A DNA stretch of 60,843 nucleotides, counting the filler, from Candidatus Woesearchaeota archaeon CG1_02_57_44 (lineage in GTDB: Archaea; Nanobdellota; Nanobdellia; Woesearchaeales; CG1-02-57-44): assembly GCA_001871415.1 (NCBI GenBank). It is 6 parts of 6 records of this genome, joined end to end, with 100 filler letters (N's around TTAATTAATTAA, not from the genome) between each part and the next. Parts side by side here need not be neighbours in the genome. Positions count along the whole stretch, not along the records: positions 1 to 30,747 come from MNWW01000075.1; 5 more parts are not named here. One strand, given 5' to 3'. Position 1 is the first letter of the stretch. Every line of letters begins with the position of its first letter. The notes under the pieces are model-generated. The model saw only the letters and a list, made by a program, of their open reading frames with translations. It was not told where the DNA came from and did no database searches. Both the position numbers and the translations under genes were made by a program. Shown in pieces: positions 19,831 to 29,482 of the stretch.

Positions 19831-19937
19831 GCATTCAGTGGTCTACTATGGTTGTCCACTATTATGATGGAGCGGTTTTCTATTATGATAGCGCGCTCTG
19901 CTTTGGAACTTTTCTGTTCTGAGCAATCTTGTATTTT

Positions 19938-20534
19938 CTACTTGTTGCCGAAATAGAAGATCTTATCCACCGCAACGTCTTCAGGCGTGAATCCATCGCG
20001 ACTGCGAATATCCTTCTTATCCTGAGCAGGCTGGACTGGTTGCTGTGGCGCGGGTTGCGACGCGTGTTGGGGTGCAGGGGGAGTCTGCTGCACTGGCGGC
20101 TGATAGGTGGGTTGAGCGGGCGCGTATTGCGGCGCGGGTTGCTGGTGGGGCTGCGCGATTGCCTGGGCCGCCTTATGGCGCTCCAGCTCCTCTTTCATGA
20201 AGATGTGATGGTATTCTATGGTCTGCTGAAGCTTTTCAAGCCTCGCGCCTATCTGCGCGTGCTCTCCTGAATCTGATGGCTGGCTCTGCTTAGCGTCCTT
20301 GACGTTTTGCAGCTCGATTCGCGCTGCTGCGAGGTCATTCGCCAGACTCGCGACGCGCTTGTCCAGGTTCGCGATGGCCTTGAGAATCTGATCCAGGGGC
20401 TGGTCCTGCTTTTCTTCAGGAATGTCCATCATTGTGCGGGCGCGTTTCTCCGCGTCAGCGCGGCTTCCGGCAGCGCCTGAGCGCATCAGGTCTCCGACCA
20501 GCGCCTCGAATTTCTGCAATGTCTCGTAATCCAT
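19938..20534 (-). CDS. Hypothetical protein with coiled coil, Pro/Gln linker and conserved-looking C-terminus
   Basis: Clean ORF with TATA-like sequence upstream; ends FTPEDVAVDKIFYFGNK. Confidence 0.7.
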   Translation of the reverse strand: MDYETLQKFEALVGDLMRSGAAGSRADAEKRARTMMDIPEEKQDQPLDQILKAIANLDKRVASLANDLAAARIELQNVKDAKQSQPSDSGEHAQIGARLEKLQQTIEYHHIFMKEELERHKAAQAIAQPHQQPAPQYAPAQPTYQPPVQQTPPAPQHASQPAPQQPVQPAQDKKDIRSRDGFTPEDVAVDKIFYFGNK

Positions 20535-20687
20535 GCGTTGCCTGAACACGATGGATTATAAAAGTGTTGTGGATGGTGCTTTTATTGGCGTTCAAATTCG
20601 GTTAGTGTGGTAGTCCCTGCGTGGTTGTGCCATGTGTGGTCACGCGGCCGCCTGTTTTTCATTGCATATTCATTGCATATGTTTGCT

Positions 20688-22016
20688 CTATGGCTGTTCC
20701 AGCAGCTGCCTGGCGGCGGCGTTCATCCTTGCCTCAAAGTCACTGACCGTCTCGCCCTCATTGCGGCTGACCGCGAGCGCGTCCATCAACGCGAGTATCT
20801 GCTTCGTATCCCAATCCAGGCCTGCCCTGCGTCCCTGTTCCAGATGTTCCTTGATGACGGCCTGCTCCACGTCGGGTACTCCTGGCGCGATGCTCATCTG
20901 CTCTTCGTCGTCCTGCTGCATGCCGCTGGTGTTGCGCATGACGAAGTGCGCGCCATCGGCGTAGCATTCCTGCATGATGTCATTGAGTGCTATGTCTGCG
21001 ATGGAGCCGGACTGGAGCTTTCCGCGCAGGCGGATGGTCACGATGGTGCGGATGAGCTCTGTGTGAAGCTGATTTTGGATTGCGCTGTGGGCCTCTGCGG
21101 GTGTCATGTTGGTCACGTCGACCTTGACATTGTGGACATTATAGACGCTGATGGGATGCCACGTCACTTCCTGGTGTGTACCGTCCCAGGTGACGACGTT
21201 GACGCCGCCAATCACGTCCTCGAGCTCTGAGAAATTATTCGGGAACGTGGGTCCTGGGTAGGCTATGGTGGCGTGAGCGCCATGGGATGGCAGCTTCTCT
21301 GTCTTCACGATATGCACGTGGCCGCCGGCGTAGTAGTGGAAGGCGCGGGGGAGGAGCGAGACAGGCGCTGCCGGCAGGTGCTGCTCGTCCCTGCTCTTGA
21401 GCTCCTCGAGCGCAGTGTGGAAGGCGAAGACCTTGTAGCCTTGCAGGGATTCCAGCGGCTCGCGGTCAAGGTCTTCGTAGTAGCGCTTATCGAGCATGCC
21501 GCGTCTGCCCAGGATGCCTGTCAGCCACGCGCCGCTCTTGTCCTGGATTGGCTTTAGTCGGAGCTTTCCGTCGATGATTGTTCCCTTGGTGAGGTTCGTC
21601 AGGAGGCCTGCTTCTTCGAGCACGTGCAGGATGCTCTTGCCTGTGGGCGAATAATCATGGCTGCCTGCTATGGCGTAGACGCGGATGTCTGATTCGCGGA
21701 GTTTGCGCAGTTCAGTTGTCGCGTCTTTCAGTGCGTCCAATGGCGGCAGCGAGGTATTGAAGAGATCGCCCGCGATGATGATGAAATCCGGCGCCTGCTG
21801 GCGGCAGAATGTCATGGCTTTCTGGAACGCTTCCATGTTGGCCTTGCGCATCCTTGGATCGCGCCAGCCGCCCACATGGCAGTCGGCGAGGTGGCAGAAG
21901 CGGATGGGGGCGGAAGGGGTCTTTCTGACGATGGGGCCTGGCGTGGCGGAGGATGCAGCCAGGTCTGATGGTGTTCCTTTCGCGTCTTGCTTGGTTGCAT
22001 CACTCGCTTCCTGCAT
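20688..22016 (-). CDS. mre11: Mre11/SbcD-family DNA repair nuclease
   Basis: HLADCH.G, AGDLF, IAGSHD, FH, YYAGGHVH, YPG metallophosphoesterase motifs. Confidence 0.85.
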   Translation of the reverse strand: MQEASDATKQDAKGTPSDLAASSATPGPIVRKTPSAPIRFCHLADCHVGGWRDPRMRKANMEAFQKAMTFCRQQAPDFIIIAGDLFNTSLPPLDALKDATTELRKLRESDIRVYAIAGSHDYSPTGKSILHVLEEAGLLTNLTKGTIIDGKLRLKPIQDKSGAWLTGILGRRGMLDKRYYEDLDREPLESLQGYKVFAFHTALEELKSRDEQHLPAAPVSLLPRAFHYYAGGHVHIVKTEKLPSHGAHATIAYPGPTFPNNFSELEDVIGGVNVVTWDGTHQEVTWHPISVYNVHNVKVDVTNMTPAEAHSAIQNQLHTELIRTIVTIRLRGKLQSGSIADIALNDIMQECYADGAHFVMRNTSGMQQDDEEQMSIAPGVPDVEQAVIKEHLEQGRRAGLDWDTKQILALMDALAVSRNEGETVSDFEARMNAAARQLLEQP

Positions 22017-22143
22017 AATGCGGGGAAAGACGGACGAGTATTAAAGTGTGGTGACCTGGCCTGATGGGTTGCGCCTCTTTTTGTACGCATTGGCGATTCC
22101 CTCTCCAGCAATTTTTATAAATGCGCCGCACTCCCGGCAGCGG

Positions 22144-22959
22144 ATGGCTGTGAAATCGTCTGGGAAGCCGACGCGTAAGGGTCCTGGCGGCGCTTCTCGC
22201 AAGGCGTCAGGTACGGCATCCAGGCGCTCTGCCGGCGGTCCGCGCATCGTCATCGTCATGCCAGGATACAACTGCGAAAAGACTGTCGAAGGCGTGTTCT
22301 CTCGCATCCCCGCCGGGGTCATGAAGCAGCTGCACGCAATTGTTGTCGTCAATGACGGCAGCAAAGATGCGACGGCCAAGGTCCTGAAGACGCTAGCCAA
22401 GAAGTATGCCAAGATCAAAATCCTAATGCATCCGGTCAATAAGGGCTATGGCGCCGCGCAGAAGACTGGCTTTTCAGAAGCAGTGCGCATGAACGCGGAT
22501 GTCGCTGTCCTGCTGCACTCTGACGGTCAATATCCGCCGGAGATGCTCTCTGATATGATCACTCCCATGACAACGGGCAGGGCTGACGTTGTGCTGGGCT
22601 CACGTATCAAGGGCGGGCAGGCGATAGCCGGCGGCATGCCTCGCTACAAATACTTCGGCAATCGCGCCCTGACCATCCTTGAGAACCTCTGCTATGGCAT
22701 GCGCGTGTCTGAGTATCATAGCGGCTACATGGGCTACAGCAAGAAAGCGCTCTCTGAGATATCTTTCCTGAAGCTGTCAGATACCTTCCACTTCGATGGC
22801 GAGATGCTGCTCATGAGCGGCAAGCGCGGGCTGCGCATCGAAGAGGTGCCTATCGTCGCACGCTACGCGGACGAGAAGAGCCACCTGCGACCAATCAAGT
22901 ACGGTATGGACGTGCTGCGCATCATCATGCGCAACTTCATGGGGAAGTATGATTTCTGA
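22144..22959 (+). CDS. DPM1-like GT2 glycosyltransferase
   Basis: VMPGYN, VNDGSKD, NKGYGAAQKTG, LHSDGQYPP, GGMPRYKYFGN, EYHSGY; TTTTTATAAA upstream. Confidence 0.9.
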   Translation: MAVKSSGKPTRKGPGGASRKASGTASRRSAGGPRIVIVMPGYNCEKTVEGVFSRIPAGVMKQLHAIVVVNDGSKDATAKVLKTLAKKYAKIKILMHPVNKGYGAAQKTGFSEAVRMNADVAVLLHSDGQYPPEMLSDMITPMTTGRADVVLGSRIKGGQAIAGGMPRYKYFGNRALTILENLCYGMRVSEYHSGYMGYSKKALSEISFLKLSDTFHFDGEMLLMSGKRGLRIEEVPIVARYADEKSHLRPIKYGMDVLRIIMRNFMGKYDF

Positions 22960-23149
22960 CTGAGGGGTGTGGGGGTGTAAGGGGTGCTCGTTATGGCCCG
23001 GCTTATCATTGCCTGCTTTCCTGCATTTCTTGTTTTCCTGCATTTTTTGCTTTCCTCTATTGCCTGCTGTCTGGTATAGCTTACTCTTTCTGATATTTTA
23101 ATCACTATGCAGAGATAAACTTATAAACGTGTCAGGGATTGCTGGCCGC

Positions 23150-24364
23150 ATGGACCCTCGTCGCATGAGTCGAAGGGAGCTGCTGGCCGCATTAGGGGCT
23201 GTTGCAGGATTCAGTCTGCTGCCCGGCGACAGCAGGCAGCGGCCCAAGGGCAATGCTGGTGCTGCTGGCGATGCCGGGACTGCCGGTCCTGCTGACCTTG
23301 CGTCAGGATCCGCTGACATGGCATCGCCCGGATACGGGCGCGCTCAGCTGACGCGCGAGCAGGCGCCCTACTTTCTCACTGAGCGGCCTTCGCTGGATGG
23401 CGTCCCTGATCCAGATCTCTCTTTTCTTGAGCGCTTCGCCAAGTATGGATATTCGCGCATGGACGCATTGACGTCGGGGATGGAGACGTTCATGGATGAC
23501 AGCGTTCCTGTCACGGCGTTCATCCCGGATGAGCTTCCCCGGTACCTTGATGATGTTGCCATGGATGCCACCTTTCGGCGCTTTCCAGGGGCTGACATCA
23601 TTGTTCCCTCGCAGACCAGAAGCAGGATGCGCGTCGTCACTGACACAGACTTCGGCGCCGCGTATTCGCGATACTGCGCGTGGGCTATTGCCTTCCTGCT
23701 CAATCAGGAAGGCATGGACCATATCGCCTGGCCAGCGGTCAACTGGGGCATCGGGCCTTCAGGCGAGAGCGCTGCTGGCGTCGGGGGCATCCCCGGGCAT
23801 GTCGGGCAATTCTATGGCATAGAATACGCAGTTGGGATGGATGTCACGCGCGCTGACCAGACACGGGTGCAGGCACAGACCATTGTCATCGACCCTGCCA
23901 GTGGCGGGCATTACTACGGCGGCATCCCTTGCGTCGAAGGAAGCGCAGTGACCTATGATTTTTCCCATGCGTATATTTTCGCAGGCACCACAGCGCGTCC
24001 TGAGGTCGCTCTGGGCGCACCTTTCAGCGAAGCATTGCCGTTTGCCCTGTGCAAGGCATATGAGCGTTTCTATGAGCAGCGCGGACTCGCGCCGAGACAG
24101 ATGGTGGAAAGCCAGCAGGAGCTAGGTCTCTATGCTGAAGCGCTGGAGGAATCCATCAGCGCGGTCATGGTAGATCGTGTCGCGTCCCGGTTCGGGCTCA
24201 GCGTTGATATCGAAGCGAACATCACGCGCATGGGCGCGATGGGGCAGTATCGGCTGCTGCCGATGTTCCACGACCATGTGCTCAAGGACGGCCTTGCCAA
24301 GACCCTGCGCTGGGTTCGTGATGATCCTTCTTCCTATTTCGCGCACGCTGCAAAACCTTTATAA
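23150..24364 (+). CDS. Hypothetical exported protein with twin-arginine-like signal
   Basis: MSRRELLAALGAVAG N-terminus; AAACTTATAAAC TATA upstream. Confidence 0.65.
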   Translation: MDPRRMSRRELLAALGAVAGFSLLPGDSRQRPKGNAGAAGDAGTAGPADLASGSADMASPGYGRAQLTREQAPYFLTERPSLDGVPDPDLSFLERFAKYGYSRMDALTSGMETFMDDSVPVTAFIPDELPRYLDDVAMDATFRRFPGADIIVPSQTRSRMRVVTDTDFGAAYSRYCAWAIAFLLNQEGMDHIAWPAVNWGIGPSGESAAGVGGIPGHVGQFYGIEYAVGMDVTRADQTRVQAQTIVIDPASGGHYYGGIPCVEGSAVTYDFSHAYIFAGTTARPEVALGAPFSEALPFALCKAYERFYEQRGLAPRQMVESQQELGLYAEALEESISAVMVDRVASRFGLSVDIEANITRMGAMGQYRLLPMFHDHVLKDGLAKTLRWVRDDPSSYFAHAAKPL

Positions 24365-24389
24365 TGCGCGGGGCTTGCCGCAGGGGCAC

Positions 24390-26639
24390 ATGGTTGTTGA
24401 GGGGGGCTTGGAAGGGACGTCTGATGCAGGAGCTGCCGATAGTGCCGCTGCTGCGCAAGCGAACGCAGGTTCAGTCACTGCGAGCGCTGCTGCGGGTCCA
24501 GTCACTGCGAGCGCCGCTTCAGCCAAGACGCACCCTGTTTTTGCTGCGCGCACAAACGCATCCCAGCACTCTGCTGAGCGCGCATCGGACGCACATCCCT
24601 CACCCGGGGATTCTCATCGCTCAGGGAGCACGCTTTTACCCATCGCGAAGATAGCGCTGCTGGTGCTCATGGCTGTGTGGTTGTTCTCTGCCACGCACAA
24701 GGATCTATCGGACATCAAGAGCTATGACTTTCGCTGGTACGAGTGCGTCAGGTATCTGGAAGCAGGAGAGCTCTACATGGGCCACATCGGCTGCGAGCAG
24801 GGGCCCTTCATCTACTGGTGGGGGCACTGGCACAAGACGCTGTACGGCGACCCTGCACAGCAGCGCTTCCACCGGGGCATGCTCGCATCCAACATCGTGG
24901 TCAATATCCTTCTGCTGGGCATGATCCTGTATGCGATGCGCAGGAAGACCGGCTATCGCGACTACTTCCTGCCCATCGCGTTGTATCTCACGCTTATCTT
25001 CAGCTTCGGCATAGGCACCATCGCGCACCTGCTCGCAGCGTTCCTGTTCTTCGCCGGCTACTTCGCCTGGACATTCGGCAGGCTGCGCGGCAAGAACGCG
25101 ATGGATGGCGGAGCTGCGGGCGCGCTGTTAGGGTTGCTCGGCGGCATCCTCATGGCGCTCTCGTTTTTGGCAAAGTCGACGGCGCTTGTTCTCTTCGCGC
25201 TCGTGTGGCTGCATGATGCTTTCGCATCCGGTGCGCTGCGGGTGCGCGAGGGCACGCTTGGCGTGTCGCGCAGGCGGATAGTGCCTCTGGCGTGGCTGGC
25301 CATCGGATTCTTCAGTGTCATCCTGCTGACCTGGGTGCGCTACCCGCATATGTTCGTCTACAGCTTATTCCTGCACTTCTCGCTCACCACGGCGCGCAGC
25401 TTCGGCAGCACGGTCGTGGTGGCCTTATTCTCTTTGCAGGTGCGAAACTACTTCGTGCACGCGCTGGTGCTCGGATGCCTCTACCTCTGGTGGAAGACAA
25501 GGAAGCTGCCCTACCTGATATCTTCACTGGCGCTGGGGGCCACCGTGTTCTCGCTGCTCAAGAACGGCATCTGGGTCGCGGGCTACCTGAAGGCGTACAT
25601 CTACACGGTGGCGGTCTATTGCTTCACGGTGTGGGCGCTTATCGCCGCTGTCTCTGACGGGCCACGATACATCAAGCATTTCAAGCGGCTGTATCCCGCG
25701 TTCCTCATCGCGCTGCTCATCTGGCCCGGCTACGTCGATACGCCATGGCAGAGCTGGATAGACAACACAGTCTTTCACGACAACGCGCGGCAGCAGCGCA
25801 TCGTTGCGCTGCAGCGTCTCATCGATGATGCGGGGATGCAGGCCGCGCCCTCGCAGGACAAGGTGCTCTTTGAGTACCTGAGCGCCAAGGAGCTGGACGC
25901 TCGGTACAAGGGACAGCGGGTGCCGTGGCGTACTGACGCTGATGGCAGGGCAGCTGTAGGGGCAGTGGACGTTCCCAGCCATGACCTCATCGGCGAGGGC
26001 GCGTTCTATGACCCTACCGCGGCAGAGCCGCTGCGACGCATGCTCGGCCCGCTCGTCGATGAGTGGGAGCGCAATCATCCGGTGGACTTGTCGGCCGTGG
26101 GCGTGGACTGGGTCGCTGATGGCATCGCCAAAAAATCGTATGGATTAATCATTGTAGGTCCTCCGGTGTGGACGGTCATGACCGAGATACTGCAGAAGCG
26201 ACCCGAGGTGTTCGGTGGCTATTGCCAAGTGCTCGTGCCTGACGTCACCTACTTCGGCAGGGCAGGCCAGCACTTCCGCCAGTATGTGTTCGCCAATGAG
26301 AGCGACTGTCCGCTCATGGCGCAAGGGCTTGCGCAGTATTACCAACAACACTACGCTGAGGTATGCGACGCTGACCAGTGGGTGGCCAACAACATCGTCG
26401 GCGGAGTGCTGGCACAGGACGGCATACAGGTGCCGCAGTGCAGCTCCGGAGCCGACCTTCTCACCGATCCCTCAGAGAGCAGCGCGCTCATGGGACAGGC
26501 ATGGCATGTCGGCGCTGTTGACTGGGGAAAAGAAGGCAGGTATCTTCTCGGATTGGTGGCTATCTTCGCTGTCTTCTGGCTATGGCCACAAACTGGAAAG
26601 CGAAAAGACCCTGATGCAGACGGGGAAGAAGCGCGCTGA
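24390..26639 (+). CDS. Multi-pass membrane protein, probable GT-C fold glycosyltransferase
   Basis: TM1 followed by a YD..WY loop, EQGP, LAK motif, about 11 TMs, extracellular C-terminal domain and terminal TM. Confidence 0.6.
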   Translation: MVVEGGLEGTSDAGAADSAAAAQANAGSVTASAAAGPVTASAASAKTHPVFAARTNASQHSAERASDAHPSPGDSHRSGSTLLPIAKIALLVLMAVWLFSATHKDLSDIKSYDFRWYECVRYLEAGELYMGHIGCEQGPFIYWWGHWHKTLYGDPAQQRFHRGMLASNIVVNILLLGMILYAMRRKTGYRDYFLPIALYLTLIFSFGIGTIAHLLAAFLFFAGYFAWTFGRLRGKNAMDGGAAGALLGLLGGILMALSFLAKSTALVLFALVWLHDAFASGALRVREGTLGVSRRRIVPLAWLAIGFFSVILLTWVRYPHMFVYSLFLHFSLTTARSFGSTVVVALFSLQVRNYFVHALVLGCLYLWWKTRKLPYLISSLALGATVFSLLKNGIWVAGYLKAYIYTVAVYCFTVWALIAAVSDGPRYIKHFKRLYPAFLIALLIWPGYVDTPWQSWIDNTVFHDNARQQRIVALQRLIDDAGMQAAPSQDKVLFEYLSAKELDARYKGQRVPWRTDADGRAAVGAVDVPSHDLIGEGAFYDPTAAEPLRRMLGPLVDEWERNHPVDLSAVGVDWVADGIAKKSYGLIIVGPPVWTVMTEILQKRPEVFGGYCQVLVPDVTYFGRAGQHFRQYVFANESDCPLMAQGLAQYYQQHYAEVCDADQWVANNIVGGVLAQDGIQVPQCSSGADLLTDPSESSALMGQAWHVGAVDWGKEGRYLLGLVAIFAVFWLWPQTGKRKDPDADGEEAR

Positions 26640-27246
26640 GCTGGTAGATGGGGTAGAAGATATGGCCGTCCCTGAATGAGGGGTGCATGACCGGCAGCGG
26701 CGCGGGCGTTGGGGTGACGGATTCTATGACGAGGTCGGCGTCACGCAGGAGACGCAGGAACGTCTTTTTCGTGAACCAGCGCATGTGCGTCCTGTCCATG
26801 ATGCCTTTATCAGCATACTCCCACCTGCCCAAGAGCAGGTTCAGGCGTATCCAGAGGTGGGCGGTGTTCGGGACGCTGATGATGATGCTGCCTTGGGGTT
26901 TCAGGGCCTTTATGGCGCGGCGCAGGACCTGCTCAGGATTGCGCAGGTGCTCGAGCACGTCAGCGATGATGATGGCATCGTAGGAGCCAGTGAATGTATG
27001 TGTCTCTATATTGGCGTGGATGGCTTTTTTCAGGCAGTGCTTCGCTTTTGCCGCGGCTTTGGCATGGCCTTCGATTCCTGTCACCATACAGCCCTTGTCT
27101 CGCTGCAGAATCGCGCCTAACGCACCATCCCAGCAGCCGATGTCCAGGACATGGGATGACGGTGGGATGCTGCGCAGGATGACGCTGTGGCTGCTGTACG
27201 GGTCTGGCTTGATCGCATAGTCTGCGCTGGCTGATTGAGCGGGCAT
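26560..27246 (-). CDS. Class I SAM-dependent methyltransferase
   Basis: VLDIGCWDG, GIE, DAIIIADVLEHLRNP, ISVPN, GIMDRTHMRWFT. Confidence 0.9.
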   Translation of the reverse strand: MPAQSASADYAIKPDPYSSHSVILRSIPPSSHVLDIGCWDGALGAILQRDKGCMVTGIEGHAKAAAKAKHCLKKAIHANIETHTFTGSYDAIIIADVLEHLRNPEQVLRRAIKALKPQGSIIISVPNTAHLWIRLNLLLGRWEYADKGIMDRTHMRWFTKKTFLRLLRDADLVIESVTPTPAPLPVMHPSFRDGHIFYPIYQLSALLPRLHQGLFAFQFVAIARRQRR

Positions 27247-27300
27247 GGGTGTGGGGATGCGGGAGTGGAATAAAAGGGTTGCTGCCAGCATGATGGGGGG

Positions 27301-27639
27301 CTACTCTCGAGCAAGGAGCAGGTGCTTAATCAGCGTGATATCGGTTCTCATGTGGCGCAGCTCTCCGTTGATGCCGCTGATGTCCTGCTCTGTCCTCACC
27401 AGCCGGCGGTTCATGGGATGCAGATAGAAGTGCCACGCCCCGAACAGCACGATGCCCGTGCCGACGGCCCACTCAAACTCCAGAGGCACACCGAACGCGC
27501 TGAACAGCGGGTCCTTGGTGAGCATGCCCACAATCAGGAATGACGACGCGGCCAGGAGCAGAGGCATGGGCTCGCGCTTGAGGAAGTAGAGCAGCCGGGG
27601 GATGGCTATCAATGCCCAGAATATGGTGAGCAAGAGCAT
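27301..27639 (-). CDS. Small membrane protein with C-terminal coiled segment
   Basis: Three hydrophobic segments followed by a heptad-like tail. Confidence 0.6.
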   Translation of the reverse strand: MLLLTIFWALIAIPRLLYFLKREPMPLLLAASSFLIVGMLTKDPLFSAFGVPLEFEWAVGTGIVLFGAWHFYLHPMNRRLVRTEQDISGINGELRHMRTDITLIKHLLLARE

Positions 27640-27823
27640 GGTAGTGATGGATTGATAGTGGTATGTTACTGTTGCGCGAAGGACAGTAGATAGGAAAGTG
27701 CAAAAGTGGGAACTGAACGGAAAATAGCATCATTAGAAGGCTTAAACTCTTCATTTTCAAGATATGGTAGTGCGAGAGTCTTCTGTTTTCTCCTGTAATG
27801 TTGAATCATCCCATAAACTCTCC

Positions 27824-28028
27824 TCATTTTTTGATTATCATCCCTCCACAGTTTCTTTCTTTGCCTTTCTGGTTCTGGATTACTTTATTTTCATAAGAAT
27901 CTTTAATTTCTCTAGTTGAAGCCAATCTTGATTGTTTAATTAACTCATAAGTTTGAGTATTTGTGCTTATACCAATAAGTATTCTTATTACCCTTCTCAT
28001 TTGTTATAAATGTTACATCTTCGCTCAT
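27824..28028 (-). pseudogene. Deleted/frameshifted 5' remnant of a PLD-domain SNF2-type helicase-like gene
   Basis: ATG at 28028 reads MSEDVTFITNEKGN; another frame reads IRILIGISTNTQTYELIKQS...STREIKDSY; both resemble separated N-terminal segments of that family (recognition from memory). Confidence 0.5.
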
Positions 28029-28030
28029 TT

Positions 28031-29482
28031 TCACACCACCAGTAAAAATACCCATAAAGGTATCTTTACAATATTATCTTCTAAATCAAACTCGTCTTTA
28101 GTAATTATAATCCCAAAAGGAGAATCTTTTTCTTTAATAAATCCATTAATGGCCTCAATACTTTCCCTCGGGACTTTACTCCTATATTTTGATTCAATAG
28201 GGATAAGCTTTCTTTTAATTGGAAGAACAAAATCAATTTCCTTGCTATTTTTCCAATAAAATATTTCTGGCTCAGGTCCAGGTTCTATATTAAATTTTAA
28301 TCTTATTAAATGATCAAAAATAATGCTTTCAGCAACAATCCCCAATTCAGTAAAATCTTTTGATAAAGTATCATCTAAATAATCAACAACAGCATTTCTT
28401 ATGCCTGCATCAAGAACATAAATCTTATCCTGTTTCCTTATTCTTGCTTTTCTGCTTTGGGAATAAAATTCAGAGCTTTTAATTAAATAGGCCTTGGTCA
28501 AATATTTAAGATAATCTTTTAGGGTCGGTCTTTGTATATCAAGCACTTTTGCAGTTTTATTAATGTTAAAGTTAGTTCCTGAACTCTTAGCCAGTAATTT
28601 AAATAAATCTTCCAGAACCTTAGGATTTCTGATTTTAAAATATCTTACTATATCTTTAAAGAAAATTAATTTAATTTTATCTCTGATACTTTCACTTATT
28701 CTATTATAGTCATTAATATCTAAAAATTCGGGGTAACCTCCCATTATCAAATATCTGTTTAATTCTATTTCTATTTTATTTCTGTTAGGAGTCATAGATC
28801 CAATTAGCTCTTTTAAGGTCTGATGAAATATTTTAACATCTTTCTCTTGAACAGCCTTAACCAAAGACTCTTTTAGGTTCGTTTTAATTCCAGTATAATC
28901 ATCACTTACTATAGCTCTATATCTCAAAACTTCTGAAAACTTCAAAGGCATCATAACAGAAGTTTTTATTCTACCAAGTAAAGATTCTTCTGTTCCTTTA
29001 TTAATCCATATTGAAGAAGAACCAGATATAATAAACTTTAAATTATACCCTAGATCATACCAGTTCTTGAGTATTTTCTCCCAATGGGGCAATTCTTGTA
29101 TTTCATCTAAGAATAAATAACAAGACTCTTTTAAACTGTCTAAAGGGCTTTTAAGTATATATGTAGAATAAACTTCTAAAACATCTTTTAACTCAGCCCC
29201 TCCAGTATTGAGCTCAACTTCATCAGTAGAGAGATATAATATTCTTTTAGGGGCTATTTTGGAGTCTAGTAGCTCCTGAATTAGTTGGTGTATAAGTATA
29301 GTCTTCCCAACTCTTCTAGGACCTATAATAGAAACTATCTCTCTCCTTTCTAATTCTCGTTTAATTATATAATAGTCTCCCCTCTTAAAAGAACTTGTTT
29401 TTGATTGAGGAATTGGTTTGTCTCCCCACCAAGGATTATATTTATTCAAGACCCTTAACACTTCAGTTTCTGGAATTTCCAT
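28031..29482 (-). CDS. AAA+ ATPase (AAA_14 + DUF4143 architecture)
   Basis: NPWW, GPRRVGKT Walker A, FLDEIQ Walker B, ISGSS, GGYPE, KIYVLDAG, FYWK..EIDF..PIESK nuclease-like tail. Confidence 0.9.
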   Translation of the reverse strand: MEIPETEVLRVLNKYNPWWGDKPIPQSKTSSFKRGDYYIIKRELERREIVSIIGPRRVGKTILIHQLIQELLDSKIAPKRILYLSTDEVELNTGGAELKDVLEVYSTYILKSPLDSLKESCYLFLDEIQELPHWEKILKNWYDLGYNLKFIISGSSSIWINKGTEESLLGRIKTSVMMPLKFSEVLRYRAIVSDDYTGIKTNLKESLVKAVQEKDVKIFHQTLKELIGSMTPNRNKIEIELNRYLIMGGYPEFLDINDYNRISESIRDKIKLIFFKDIVRYFKIRNPKVLEDLFKLLAKSSGTNFNINKTAKVLDIQRPTLKDYLKYLTKAYLIKSSEFYSQSRKARIRKQDKIYVLDAGIRNAVVDYLDDTLSKDFTELGIVAESIIFDHLIRLKFNIEPGPEPEIFYWKNSKEIDFVLPIKRKLIPIESKYRSKVPRESIEAINGFIKEKDSPFGIIITKDEFDLEDNIVKIPLWVFLLVV

